From Podarcis muralis (Eukaryota): DNA of 64,000 nucleotides. The stretch covers positions 47,182,001 to 47,246,000 of the forward strand of contig NC_135658.1 of assembly GCF_964188315.1 (NCBI RefSeq), read 5' to 3'. Positions 1 to 12,750 of the stretch are shown one piece after another. Positions within the stretch are counted from its first letter, which is position 1. Each line of letters begins with the position of its first letter. The notes under the pieces are model-generated. The model had not been told where the DNA came from, made no database searches, and saw nothing but the letters and a program-made list of their open reading frames with translations. Both the position numbers and the translations under genes were made by a program.

Positions 1-1921
1 TAAGGTGGGAGCTGGGATGCTCTCAACATCAGGACAGGGTCAGGGATGCAATTATGCTTCCTATTATTAACATGGAAGTCCTATATATGTATAATGTGTG
101 AATAGGGCTTTAGTTTAATGATTGATTGATCTTATTGTGGTTGTGATTTCCATGTAGTGTTGAAATATAGGCCACATTTCTGTTTCCATAGCAGCCATTT
201 ACACATTTTAAAAATATTTTTTTGAAACTAATGTGGTGCTCTGATCTAAGAGTTCCTTTTTATGTCTGTTTTGTGGGATCTGTGACAGCCTTTGAAAACT
301 GAAATGCAGAGCCAGATCATGTTTTTGTTTCCCCCCTCTAAAGCATGTGTATGTGTGCATGCCTGCACACGCACCTTAATTTGTTTATACCTTGAATAGT
401 CACTTATGTGGTTTTGGATACATTTTTATTTATTTATTTATTTTCTACATTAACCTTTGTTTGAAGATCACAGGGTGGTTTACAATATAAAAACACAAAA
501 ATGCATACCATAGCAAAAAACATTCTGCAGAATGTTTTAATAGAAGTATTTCACTTTTTTCAAAAAATGAAGTCTTCTTCAAATACCAAGGGTGGTATTC
601 AACAAAGTTTTGCTCAAAAAAGACCCACTGAAATCCAAGAAACCGAACTTAGTCATGTTCATTAATTTCAGTGAGTCTGCTCTGAGTAAAATATGCATAA
701 GTATAACCCCAAATAGTCGAATAGCATGAGGCTTTACTAACGTATATACCCCACATTACTTTCAACTGTCCTGTTTTCACAGCTGTATATTCCTTTGCAA
801 GAAAAAGACTGTAACAATGAGATGCATGTGCTAGATGGTTAGCAGTCAATATTTTGAGGAGAATATGCCTTTTAGATAAAAATGTTCATTAGTATGACCA
901 CCAGGAAAAAAGATCATCAATGATTTGATGTAGCTCATCCACTATCCAAATCATTATTGTCAGAAAATCTATTCAGGATCATAGGTCATAAATCTAAAAT
1001 TATATAGAGTATGAGGAAAGAAGACATGAAGAGGCAGACTTGAGGTCTGCATCTAGTTAATATGACTATTATTTTACACCACATGTCTTCACTTTGCTCA
1101 GAAAATAATACACTGCTATCTGTTAGCTCACATTAGAATAATATTTATAGAAATTCCAGGTACCTTTACTATGAATTTTAATGTGCTGCTTCCTTCAGAT
1201 GGTAACCACCCTTATTTTTAAAACCACACACCATTTGGCAAAGGAAGTTGCTTAGTTATCACCACAAATAAGCTGTGAAATTTATTTTTAATTACAGCTG
1301 ACATTTCTGAGCATACAGCCTGAGGCGCCTGTCTTACTGCAAAAAGATGTCACTTGACAGCTCCTGAGAAGGAACATACACAAAGTTCCAGCCTTGGGTA
1401 CATAACTTAGCACAACCAGCAAAGTTGGTCTTACTTCGAGTTTAAACCTATTTCTGCAAGACCTAGACATTGTCATAAATTTGTAGGTCATCTGCAACTG
1501 TGTGTGTAGTAAGGGACATCTTTTGTTATAGAGTAATTGTGAGTGGCCAGGAGAAGTAAAGTAAAATTTGAGGATATCGCCTTGACGGAAGACCAATTCC
1601 TGTGGCTATTTTCATATCCATCTATCTATATCTATATCCCACCATTCCTCAATAGAGCGGTGGTGTGCAAGGTTTCCCCTCTCCCTATCTGATCCTCACA
1701 TCACCCAGAGAGCTTCATAGCTGAGTGGGAAATAGAATCCCAGTCCAACTGTCTAAAACTACACCATACTGACTCTTAGTTGATTACGGTACATTTCAAG
1801 CAACGTATGCCATCTATGTAATGTGAAATATGATTATTGTCTTGCCTAGCCTGCCTTTAGGAAGTTTTCAACCATGGAAGGGGCATAACACAAAGGGATG
1901 CGGAGGAATTTGGCAAATGTA

Positions 1922-2355
1922 CCGTATTTTTCGCTCCATAAGACGCACCTAGTTTTTAGAGGGGGAATGCAAGAAAAAAAATATTCTTTAAAGGGAGCGC
2001 TGAGCAGAGCCTGTATGCATCCCAGGCTCTGCTCAGCAGTCCCTTTCATAAGCCACATGGAGCGTGTGTGTGGCACTTGCAGGCTTTTCCCTGAGGAGGG
2101 AGAAGCCTCCAAGAGCCGCACACACACTCCATGCAGCTCTTGGGGGCTTTTCCGGGAGGTGGGGGGAGAGACTGACATGCTGCCCTTCTCCCTCCTTGGG
2201 GAAAAGCCCTCAAGAGCCGCACACACGTTCCACGCAGCTCTTTAAAGGGAGTGCTGGGAAGCCTCCCACCTGCATTCACTCCATAACACACACACACACA
2301 TTTCCCCTTACTTTTTAGGAGGGAAAATGTGCGTCTTATGAAGCGAAAAATACAA
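1922..2355. mobile_element. Non-autonomous Tc1/mariner-superfamily (Tc2/MER104-like) MITE
   Basis: About 27-bp TIRs (CCGTATTTTTCGCTCCATAAGACGCAC and GTGCGTCTTATGAAGCGAAAAATACAA) with TA on both sides. GC-rich core with hairpins and an ~101-bp direct repeat. Confidence 0.85.
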
Positions 2356-2699
2356 TAAATTTTGATGCTGGCTCACCTGATCCATTCTATCACAACCAAA
2401 GTGGGAACTGGATTAGATGCAGAACCAATACAATCTCGATTTTGTTCTTGGATGTTAGTAGCAAAATGCCAGGAATCAATATCAGAAGTCCTAGTGGAAC
2501 CACAGTCTCCCCTGCTCTGTTGGACCTCATGACTGCTAAAGTAGGCTAGGTCCCTTTAAATTAAGAGGGTCGTCTCAAAGAAGGTAGAGCCACTTAAGAT
2601 AAGAGGACCTATTTTAGCTCCTATTTAAGGCAGATTGACCACTGCTGAAACAGTTGAGCTCTGCTGTAGTTTGAGCCAGGTGTGGAGCTGTCCAGGGTG

Positions 2700-2880
2700 C
2701 CAGCTCAGTGGTAATGTGGGTTTCTATAAAATATTGAGTCAGATACAGCTATTCTTGGCCAAGGATAGCTTGGCCACAGAGATCCATCCATGCATTGCCA
2801 ACCTTAAGTAATGTGCTCTATGCAGGTCTGCCTTGAAAACTGGGCCAGAAGCTGCAGATTGTGAAAAATGCTTTAGGATG
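2700..2880 (+). mobile_element. Degenerate L2 LINE ORF2 fragment
   Basis: AATGTGCTCTATGCAGGTCTGCCTTGAAAAC...GAAGCTGCAGATTGTGAAAAATGC matches the L2 ORF2 motif NALYxGLPLKTxxKLQLVQNA, with indels. Boundaries are approximate. Confidence 0.6.
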
Positions 2881-2885
2881 CTAAA

Positions 2886-3528
2886 GTCCAATACCAAGAT
2901 GAAGGTCTACCAGGAATGTGTGTTGAGCACACTGCTTTATGGAAGTGGGCTGTGGGCAACTTAGACCCACCAGGAGCGACACCTCAGTGCCTTCCACATG
3001 TGCTGAACCAGAAATATTTTGGGCATCACATGGCAGGACAGGGACTCAGACAACAATGTGCTCTCTCAAAGCCACATTCCCTGCATGTTTGCGCTCCTGT
3101 CTCAGTAATGTCTATGCTGGCTTGGTAATGTCCACAGAATGGAAGATGGCTTCAGGCCCATTGGCAGACCAAATCTGTGTTTCAAATACGTCTGCAAACA
3201 TGACATGAAGGCTGGCAACATTACGACCCTGCCCACGGGAATCCCTTGCAGACAACTGCAGTGCTTGGAGACAGACAGTCAGGTCATGCATCCATAGCAT
3301 TGACCAGATGACGAATGACCACTAGGAGGAGTGCAGAGAGAAGAAACACCACTGTACATCTGCAGCAGCACAACTGGAAGCTTTCATCTGCCCCAGCTGC
3401 AACAAAACAGGTCTCTCCTGTATCTGTCTCTCTACAGCCACAAACAGGTGCTGTAACCCTCCAACAATTTTATTTTGCCCCCTAAGGCACACTCCTCCAA
3501 TATCTCCTGAGACAGATGGATGTCAACT
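2886..3528 (+). mobile_element. RTE-clade LINE 3' fragment (not BovB), ORF2 C-terminus, frameshifted
   Basis: Translates piecewise to TKMKVYQECVLSTLLYGS..., LGITWQDR..., CKHDMKAG..., FICPSCNK (C-terminal Cys knuckle region). Multiple stops and frameshifts. Confidence 0.8.
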
Positions 3529-3768
3529 AAGTGGTTGCTAATGGGAGCAATTTACCATAATCACGTCATCTCTACTGAAAAGGCAGCACTGGCTGCTAAT
3601 CTGTTATCAAGCCAATGCCCTAACACAATTGGGACCAGGTTACTTAGGGGACACCTACTCCCATATAAAGCAGTGCAGCTAATGAGATTTCAGGATGTGG
3701 CCCTCTTGGTTGTGCCACAGCCTGTAGAAATACACCAAGCAGCAAGCAAGATGGTCATAGCTCAGTAA

Positions 3769-3963
3769 GGAGAAGGACTGTAGCTGTGTGGTAGAACATC
3801 TGTTTTGCATGCAAAATGTTCCAGGTTCAGTCCTTGGTGCTTCCAGATAGGTTTGAGAAATACTCCTAGAGAAAAACTCTAGAGAACTGTTGCCAGCCAG
3901 TGTTGGTAATGCTGGGATAGATGGACCAATAACCTGACTTAGTATATGCAGTTTCCTATGTTC
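3769..3963 (+). mobile_element. tRNA-derived SINE (old, family not firmly assigned)
   Basis: tRNA-like head (GTAGCTGTGTGGTAGAACATCTG...CAGGTTCAGTCCTTGG) and TTCCTATGTTC tail typical of squamate SINEs. Confidence 0.7.
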
Positions 3964-6900
3964 GTAACTGGGGAGAGGGCCTACTCTGTAACGTCATTCA
4001 ATTTATGGATTGGATTATAACCCCACTTGGATTATAGTGGATACCAACCTTGTTTAGTTTTCGGCACCTCCTCAAAACACATTTATTCACCCAAGGCATT
4101 GGGTGTCTTGTTGGGATTCATATTCAATTGATTGGCCCATACCTTTCGGGGCGATTGATACCTGGCCTTTATAATTGTTCTAGCTGTTGAGTTGATGACT
4201 ATATTTAACATAGTGAATTTTTGTCAGTGCTAAATTTTGTTCATTGGAGTGCCTTTGGGATTGATATGGAAGGCAGTATGCAAATGTTTAAGAAGTAAGT
4301 AAATAAAGTCACCTCCACTGAGCTCTCCTACTGCCTGTGTCATAAAGCATAACTCTTAGCAAGTTGGCTGCCTCCAGCACTGTGTTTTGAAATGCCAAAT
4401 GCAATTAAAAACCCAGGGAACAAACTGGCCAGAACAGTTTTGGGAACATTTATAATGACAAGCACTATCTTACCTGAAGAAATTTTTGAAAAGGAAAAAA
4501 CACCACCACAGATTTTCCAGATTGTCTTCCTCTGTCTCCACTGTAGATTTTACAAGGTGACCTACCTCTTAACCTCCATTCCCCACCCTGCTTCTCTCCC
4601 CCTGCCCCTAGAATAATATCTGTATTAAGGCATAATGTGGAAATCAGTTGTTCATGTCCTAGTATGTGTCACACTAATTTGCTCCTTGGGAATAGTTTTC
4701 TAACCTTTTGTATTAATTTTCCTCAAAGCTAAATGAGACACTCTATGTATTTGTTCTTCAGCTGACTGTATTGATAATTGTGCAAGTGTCTGAACGCATT
4801 AAGACATTTTGCAGCATTTATACATTCCAAACACACTACTGTTTTCTCAGTGCAACTAAAAAGAGTTTGCTTTTGGTTTATGATGGTTTCCTCATTAAAG
4901 TCTAAATTGTTTTGGCAGCTAGTGCCTAAAACAAAACAGCTACCTGGCAAGGATAGGCATTCTGTCATGTCACAAAAAGAATATATAAGAAAGCAAGAAC
5001 ATAAAAATTGCCTTCCAGTTGTAGGCCAAAGCAGCGGCGGAAACAGCCAGTATGGTGAAGAATGCTGATATATTCTTCTTTGCTCTCCCACAGCAGGGAT
5101 AATAGGCCACATAATCTGGCATTGTTGGATGATTTGAAGAGAGACATGACTAAAGGCTTGAGGTCTAGGGGAGGAGCCTCCAAACCTCATTCTACTGGCT
5201 GAGTAGGGCCATGTGACCAACCCTCTCCTATGGAAACAAAAACTCTCACATCTCTTTCTTCATGGAAACCTGTGGAATTCAGGAGCAAGATTATGGATAT
5301 GTTCTCCCCCCAGCCCTGATCTATCCATTGCATGCCTACATTACCACCCACCTGTCCACCTGCCAGGTTGGACAGAATGTGTGAATTACACCCAAGGCAT
5401 AAACCCCAATGTGAATATGGGGGGGGGGGGGCTTTGGTCTTTCAAATTTCAGAGGTGCCCTGTGGAAGCCCAAAATTCAGCATGCACACACCTCTCACCT
5501 TCCTTTCTGCTCAGTTCACTACATCCTTGTTGCTATACCCCTTAGGCTTGGCGCCCACTATGGCGGAACCAGTCACACTGCCCTAAATCAGCCTCTGGTG
5601 CATGGATTAAAAGAGTGGGTTTTTAAAAATAAAAAAATCAGGTGTTCAAGAAGCATGTTACATTGTTTTAGCATATGTGAAACAGAATTTACATGCAGAA
5701 AACATTTAAATGTTCTGTTCTCCTGTGAACATACTGGTGCTAATGAGGCTGATGCTCCAAGTGGGCAGGCCAGATATTGGTACTTGTGCTTTCCACAACC
5801 CAGTGGCTGGATACTGTCTATTGTGTTTGTGTTGCCTATTGTGCTGCATGACTCTTTCTGTTGTGACTCACTTCTAACTCTTTGGTGGCTCCCTGACTGT
5901 GGGATGATCTCCATAGAAGGGACATCTGGCACCATCATTTTAAACTTGGAGGCACCAGATGAAGATGTTCCTGCTTTCATAGGCATTTGGTTCTTAACTG
6001 GGAACACATGATGTGATAACTCTGCCTGTTTTAGTAGGACGGGGTAGGATTTGTCCTTTTTGTAAGCTTGGCAGACATTTTTGTAATTGTTTTCAGACAT
6101 TTTATGTAGCCAATGACAAATAAATGTCTAAATAAATAAATAACTCTTGTTGGCATGCATAATGCTACCATTTTGCTCACCCACTCCTTCTGAGGTAATA
6201 CTGAGTCAAGTGTTGAAGGGAGCTTGCAGTTAGGTGGGGCTCGCTGAGCTAAGAGACTTGAGCTAATGCTTGCAAGTTGAAGATAATTCAATCTCATTTG
6301 CTCTGTCAAATAACAGTCATTATAGGAGTAGTCCAGAAGATTTTCCTGGTATACATCAACACTGCATAAGAAGATTATGCAAGTTGGCCCTTTTCACTTG
6401 CCATTTATGAAAGGGCACTTACGGTACACTGGAATTAATTGCATATGCAGGAAGGCTTGCATGAAACACTAATACTCATCACTTTAAATGCCATTATAAG
6501 CTTCACTATCAAGTGTATATTTTAACATTTTCAGTTCAGGGGGTAAAGCATCAAGCTCAGTGTGGTTGTGTATAGCTGTTGTGCCAGTCTCAACAGAAGT
6601 GAATCTCAATAGAAATGAAACTGGCACAACAGCTGAACAAAACCACTGTGAGCTCGTTGCTTTACCCCCAAAACTGAATATTCTTCAGGCTTATATATAT
6701 TGTAGCTGGTGTGTGATGATTGGCTACAAAGTTTCTCAACATCAAGTATTCTGATAAGCACAGATAAAGCAATGCACAAGAGAGCACACAATTCTCCCAC
6801 CCTCCCCAACAATAAACTTTCACATGATTGGGGGGAGGTATCACTGAAAATAAGAAAAAAAATTGCCAATATTTAGCCTTTGCATTCAAGCACATCCGAA

Positions 6901-8195
6901 TAGTCAGGATAATTCATATCAATATCAGCTCTAACAACACTGAAGCAACACTTAGAGAGCACAGCTGTGCCATTGTTCCATGACACCAAAGGGTGTCATT
7001 CTCCAGAATTGCCATAAAACCAGGACATTCCTATAAAGCTATTGTTATCTCCTTTTAGAAAAAGGCTTGGGATATCCACGTGAGTGAGCTCTGGAAATAC
7101 AGAGATGATAACGAACAACAACACCACTACTTACACAGACTGAAGAAGTATATACAGTTGCATAAAGCAGTCTCCTCTCCTTTTTAAGAAAATACACCAC
7201 AAATTGTTGCTTTAAAAACCTGGAAAGCAATCAGCACTTCACATCATTTGAATGGAAATGGGGTCAGAATTGATCTGGATAGTCAAATTTATTATTGCAT
7301 GCAGAGAATGTACAATGAAATGTGATTAGAGCAAGTGAGCCCATCAGTCCCTCGAAAAAGTGCAGCCTGGATGAGGGGAATCAATACCACTGAAAGCAAA
7401 ATTGGAGGGCTGTCAAATCAACTTAATTCCTATTTTCTGAATGAGTGGAGAAGGATCGCCACATGCACTTGCCAATAACCAAATTAGCTTACTTTCAGCT
7501 CAGCTGCTGAGTCGATCCCCTGTACTGGTTAAATACCATCACTTCTCAAAATGAGAATTTTGCTACATACCTAAATCTGTGTTCACAATTAGAAATCGCA
7601 GGTACATTGTAATGAAAAACCGATAGCCAAATCAGGCCATGGATTTACTGAATACTAATCCTGATTTATTTTCATGAGAAATACTAACTTCTCCAGATGG
7701 TTACATATCAGCAGACAAGAATATTTAAATGGTAATGTTATGGGATTATTGAAATCAATATGATTTCCTAGTGTTCCACTTCAGAATGAACATTCCTGGA
7801 TTTATTTTCACTTTAAAGTTAAAAATGCTTCTTGGGCTACAATTCGACACCCACCTACCTGGGAATAAGCGCCATGAACTAAATGGAGCATTACTTCTGA
7901 GAAGACATTTACACAATTGTATTTGCAGAATTAGAATGACTTGTGTATAGCCACATAACACACATGGCTGATAAATCATTCTTGGATTAGCTATAGCAGA
8001 AAAGAAGTGAAATATGGGAACAAATCTGAAATCATGGCTAAAAGTGCTTAGAATTTACAAAACAAGCAGAAGTGACTCTTGACACAGAAGCAGTTATGCA
8101 TGAGTAAGACCTTTAAATAAAAAAGTTGATGAATGCAGGTTTTCAGCAGCATTTATGCTTAGATCAGAGGTTTTGGAAGTAACAAATGTATAAGG

Positions 8196-8327
8196 CAGGC
8201 ATAGACAAACTCGGCCCTCCAGATGTTTTGGGACTACAACTCCCATCATCCCTAGCTAGTAGGACCAGTGGTCAGGGATGATGGGAATCATCCCAAAACA
8301 TCTGGAGGCTGAGTTTGCCTATGCCTG
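8196..8327. mobile_element. Short palindromic hAT MITE
   Basis: TIRs CAGGCATAGACAAACTC / GAGTTTGCCTATGCCTG. 8-bp TSD GTATAAGG / GTCTAAGG (1 mismatch). Confidence 0.85.
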
Positions 8328-8644
8328 GTCTAAGGCAACATCTGCACTATAAATTAAAAGCCATATAATATCACTTTAAGCACTCATGACTTTCCCCAAA
8401 GAATCTTGGGAACTATAGTTTGTTAAGGGTGCTGTGTTCTTAGGAGGTTCCTCTTCCCTACACAGAGCTATGATTTAGTCAATTGTAGCTCTATGAGGAG
8501 AATAGAGGAGTCTCCTAATGATTCTCAACACTCTTAGCAAACTACTTTGGGGGAAGCCAGAACTGTTTAAAGTCGTATGATACTACTTGAAATGTGTATC
8601 CTTTGGCTAATTAAACAATATATAGCCTTTTAAACTGGGGGGGG

Positions 8645-8760
8645 GGTATTGTTTTTGTTTGTTATTATGTTGTGTCTTTTTGTGTTTTTATGTTGTAAAA
8701 TGCCCTGTGATCCTCGGATGAAGGGCAGTATAGAAATTTAATAATTCATCATCATCATCT
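8645..8760 (+). mobile_element. L2 3' end with short (CAT)n tail
   Basis: TTGTAAAATGCCCTGTGATCCTCGGATGAAGGGCAGTATAGAAAT is the squamate L2 terminus. Confidence 0.65.
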
Positions 8761-11103
8761 TCACAGTGCAGATGGGGCCCACTTCCATTTTCTGTGTCAG
8801 AGGTGGTGAGAAAAAGCAATGCATGCAGCCGAGAATTCCCATTTCCAAGTAGCAGTTGGATCTGCTCCTGCTTTAGAATACTGACCCTTGTCTCCTGTTG
8901 TTCTTCAAAGTACTTTCCTTAGGCCTTTCCCTTTAAACCATGTGGATGTGGGGCTTCTTTAGCTACAGTTACCACCACTTTTCTTTATGCTTCATCCTGA
9001 ACCTGGATACTCGTTCTGGAAAAAAACAAGTGCCTGACAAACATTCCTTCTCTCCTCTGACATCAGGAGCCAATGGTCACCAATGGTCATTCAGACTTGC
9101 TGAGGAAATTTGCCAACAGCAAAGCTGAGAAGGCTAAGAAAAATTATCTGGGATGTTTTTCACACATCTCACCACAAAGTTTTGCTTCTTTGGAGGGTTC
9201 TGTTCAAATAAAATATCGATGGGAACTTTGAAGGGCGTTAAATGCATTTTATAAGCAGCAAAAACAAGAAAAGCTCTCCCCTTTGGGTAATGTAATGACA
9301 TCACTCCACAAACACTCCTCCCCTTCTCTGATTTCATCAGCCTTACATAACCCAGCAGGAGACATTTTATGAATCTACTGCATGTCTACTTCAGGCTCTG
9401 AGCACACAGAGTTTGATCTGCTGTGAAATTGTCTATTACCCAAGAAGTAAAATATTCAGCAGCTGTGATGTTCTGTAGCCCAGCCTTGAACCTAGACAGC
9501 TTTCATCATGCCAGTTGGATTGAAGACACTGAACCCAAGAGATCCTGTGTTCCCTTAATTTCCCCTTTGAAAACTATATGAGATGGCTCATTTGCATAGA
9601 AAAGCTTGCCTTGAATATATGACATTCAGTTTTCTATAGTAAGCGATTTTGGGGTAGCTGCTGGAGCTATATCAGTTCACTGGGGGGGGGGGGAGCGGGG
9701 ACAGAAAATTAATAAAAGATCTGACTAGTGTAGCCACTGTCCACACCACCATACAGGTGACCTGAAGGCTATTCTTTGAGCATGGTAATGCATTTTTAAA
9801 AAATGAATATACAAAAGGTTCTTTATCACAAAATGAAGTAGAGGGATTTATTAAAATTTGAACTACACAGGTGGTATATTTACTTTCCTAAGGTCAAACA
9901 GATGACTCTAAAGGTTTTCCTTTTATATTACGTGTGACCTTTTTTCTTTCTTTCTTTCTTTTTTTTGCTTATTTGGGGTCTTGAAAGAAGCAGCACTGAA
10001 CTAGATAATTAGCTTGGCAGAATTTCACACAGTTGCTTTACGGGCAGAGATAAAGAGTGGCAGAAGGCACCTGTTGGCGCATTGCCCTACAACTCGTCCT
10101 GTTCAGTAAGGAGTTTTTTTTATGGAAGTAGGTTTTGAAGCTGAGTCCTTCTGCTTCAAAACAAAGAGCGTCTGTTTTCAGTCACAACAACATTGGGCAA
10201 TGTGCCTTTAGAAAAAGCACAGAGCTATATATCAATACTGTATGCCACAGTTGGAAGCAACATAGCTCTCATTCATCAATGGCTGGTGCCTTCTTTTCAT
10301 AGGGAAATATTTAGAGTGTGGCCCACACCCCTCCTATAATAGGAATGGTGGTGTAAATCATGTGAGGAAATAATGGTGCTGTTAAAGCACCTTCTAGTGT
10401 TCCTTGTTGCCAAAGTGACCTTTATTTACCACATTTGGCTGAGGTACAATAGGGGCATATGAATTTGTTTGAGTTTAATTGAGACTACAGATTAAAAAGG
10501 GAACAGGAGAGACTCTAAAGAATTTGTGTTGAGGATTTCCACTACATTGCAATATTTACAGTGCCAGAAAGTATTGCTACAGTATAAGACTTAATTGGAA
10601 ACACCTATAGGCAAGTAGAAGGTTCACCTAATGAAGTGAAAGAGGTAATCTTTCTTAAGCTGCACTAGATGTCTTTCCAAAGGGAGGCTTATGCTCATGC
10701 TTATTTTCACTTTAGACTTTTGACATCATTGCAGTCCTAAACAGCACAAACTTTGAAGTTCAGCACAGAACATATTTTTATACTTCTGAAAATCTTTCTT
10801 TTTGTAAATTTTTCTCTTTTTTAATGGAAAAAAAATACTTTTGTATTGTATTTTAATGCATTGTTTTAAATGTTATTACTTAAAAGCCTGTAAGCTGCCT
10901 TGAATGCTGAACTGAGTCTAAAACTTAATTTAATGTGTATAGGAGGACACATTGCACAGATCATAAGTCCATGGTGCTGTGAGAGAGAGTTAATGAAGCC
11001 CAAAGGTATTGCTGGCTGATTGTTCAATCTCTCTTAAGTCCTTGGGCAAAGGCAGACTTTTCATCTTCCTAGCTAACAATGTGATCTATATTTGTGTATT
11101 CAG

Positions 11104-11159
11104 AAAGAGACCATAGACTGCTGGTGAAGGAACTGAGAAAATTCAAGAGAAAGAGCTCT
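11104..11159 (+). CDS. Candidate exon (RDHRLLVKELRKFKRKSS), unidentified gene
   Basis: TTTGTGTATTCAG acceptor and TCT|GTAAGA donor, open in phase 1 to 0. No protein match recognised. Confidence 0.25.
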
Positions 11160-12484
11160 GTAAGAGTTCTGGAAGCATTTTTGGGTGCTGCCTGATTCTC
11201 TGGACATCTCATGGCAGTGAATTCTCAGGCAGTGAATTTCAAGCTGTGCACCACCACTCATGCACAACTTGTATATTTTAAAATAAGTTCAAACATTACA
11301 AAACACCATAAGCCATCAATGACCCGCTTCTAATGGAAACCAAACCTAGGCAAGAACTGCTCTTCTGGAATTTCTCACCACTTGGGGAAGTAGGGACGAG
11401 AGTAACAATATATTTTGACCCTGGAACACAACTGGGTTTCAGTGGTATGATATCCCTATCCACATTGCATTCTTTGAGAAGTGGATGCACTCATGGGCTT
11501 ACCTTTACTACTCTCATTACATGTCACTAAGAATGAGGTATCCAAATTTTAATGCCTCATATATTTTGTCAGCGGTAGCGGTGTACCGTGCCACTTTGAC
11601 CTTTCTGATTGGCTTGCCATTTCAGTCCTTCCTTTTTATAGCCTCATTAACCTGTAGGACAGAGGTAGAATGGCCCACCAATCAACATACAGCTTAATGA
11701 AAAGGTCAACTGAGTCCACTGCATTTAGACTCTTTTACAGAGTCAAGGAAATATAAAAATGTGGCCTTCTAACTCCAGAGACAAACCAATGGGATATGAA
11801 CAATGATGAGGTGACATCAGTCCATTCTTCTGAAACATAGAGTATCTCTGGTAGAATTGTGGAAATAGTGTCTTCATAATGAGGTATATTACCATTTTGG
11901 TGTCTTTTTCATTTTGATTCCTATTGCTCATTTCCACTTGGAGATGTAAAACGTAATTGCAACATTGTATTTTGATCTTGTGAAGTCATCTGCAAAATGC
12001 TACTTTTATGGATGCAGACAAAATTGTATTATCTGCTAAGAAAAAGACCATATAAACAGGGCATACCAAAGGTTTCCAAGTTTTCTTATATGCATAACTT
12101 TATAATGAACTTTATTATTATTATTTCATCATCATCATGCATTCATAGTGCCTATATTGCTTGCATTATATAGTATTAAATAAACATGTTTTCAATTTTT
12201 CTCACAGCAAAGAGAAAAGGCTAGACTAAACTTTACTCAGTTAAAAGTGGTGTTTTTTTAAAAAAAATGAAAGTAGTTTTAAGACAGCAAACTTTTGCTG
12301 ACAACCTCTTGTGATCCTTGTGGAATATTTTGGAATGTTAATGGAGTGACCTGGCCAAATTCCAACAACAGTAATTACATTCTGTCTGCTGCACTGGTTT
12401 TTCTATCCAGTTTCAGCTGAATAATGAATTCTTTTCCTCCTGTCCTAAATGGTGGCTGATTGTTACTCTGTGTGTTGCTAATAG

Positions 12485-12546
12485 CTGTTAAAGTGTACCC
12501 TGGAGACCCCTGAATCCAGCAAGGGAAGAAATGTCTATCACAAACA
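12485..12546 (+). CDS. Candidate exon (LLKCTLETPESSKGRNVYHK), unidentified gene
   Basis: TGTGTTGCTAATAG acceptor and ACA|GTGAGT donor, phase 0 to 2, compatible with the previous candidate. Confidence 0.22.
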
Positions 12547-12750
12547 GTGAGTACAATGAGTATGCTCATGCTGCAACTTTTATTCTGTCACTTTTCTACT
12601 TCAACCTTTCCTCAGTGTTTTCTTAACAGTGCCAAATTCCACTTTAGCATACTGAATTTTTCTTCTGAAACCAAGCATTTCCTCCCTGAATGGCCAGTTT
12701 GCAGAGGAAGACAAGCTTGTAGAAATCGATCTTACACAAAGAGAAAACTA

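Noticed and set aside
590-690. Long imperfect palindrome (AGACCCACTGAAAT...ATTTCAGTGAGTCT) as a structured ncRNA
   Set aside because: Resembles an abundant old palindromic MITE of reptiles; similar relics lie at about 20085-20147 and 60895-60985.
4965-5183. MSLFK start reminiscent of the BBS9 N-terminus
   Set aside because: The similarity stops after five residues.
11503-11651. Minus-strand exon-like segment with an in-frame TGA (VNEAIKRKD*NGKPIRKVKV...), possible selenocysteine
   Set aside because: Further stops follow before the donor, I see no SECIS, and there is no selenoprotein resemblance.
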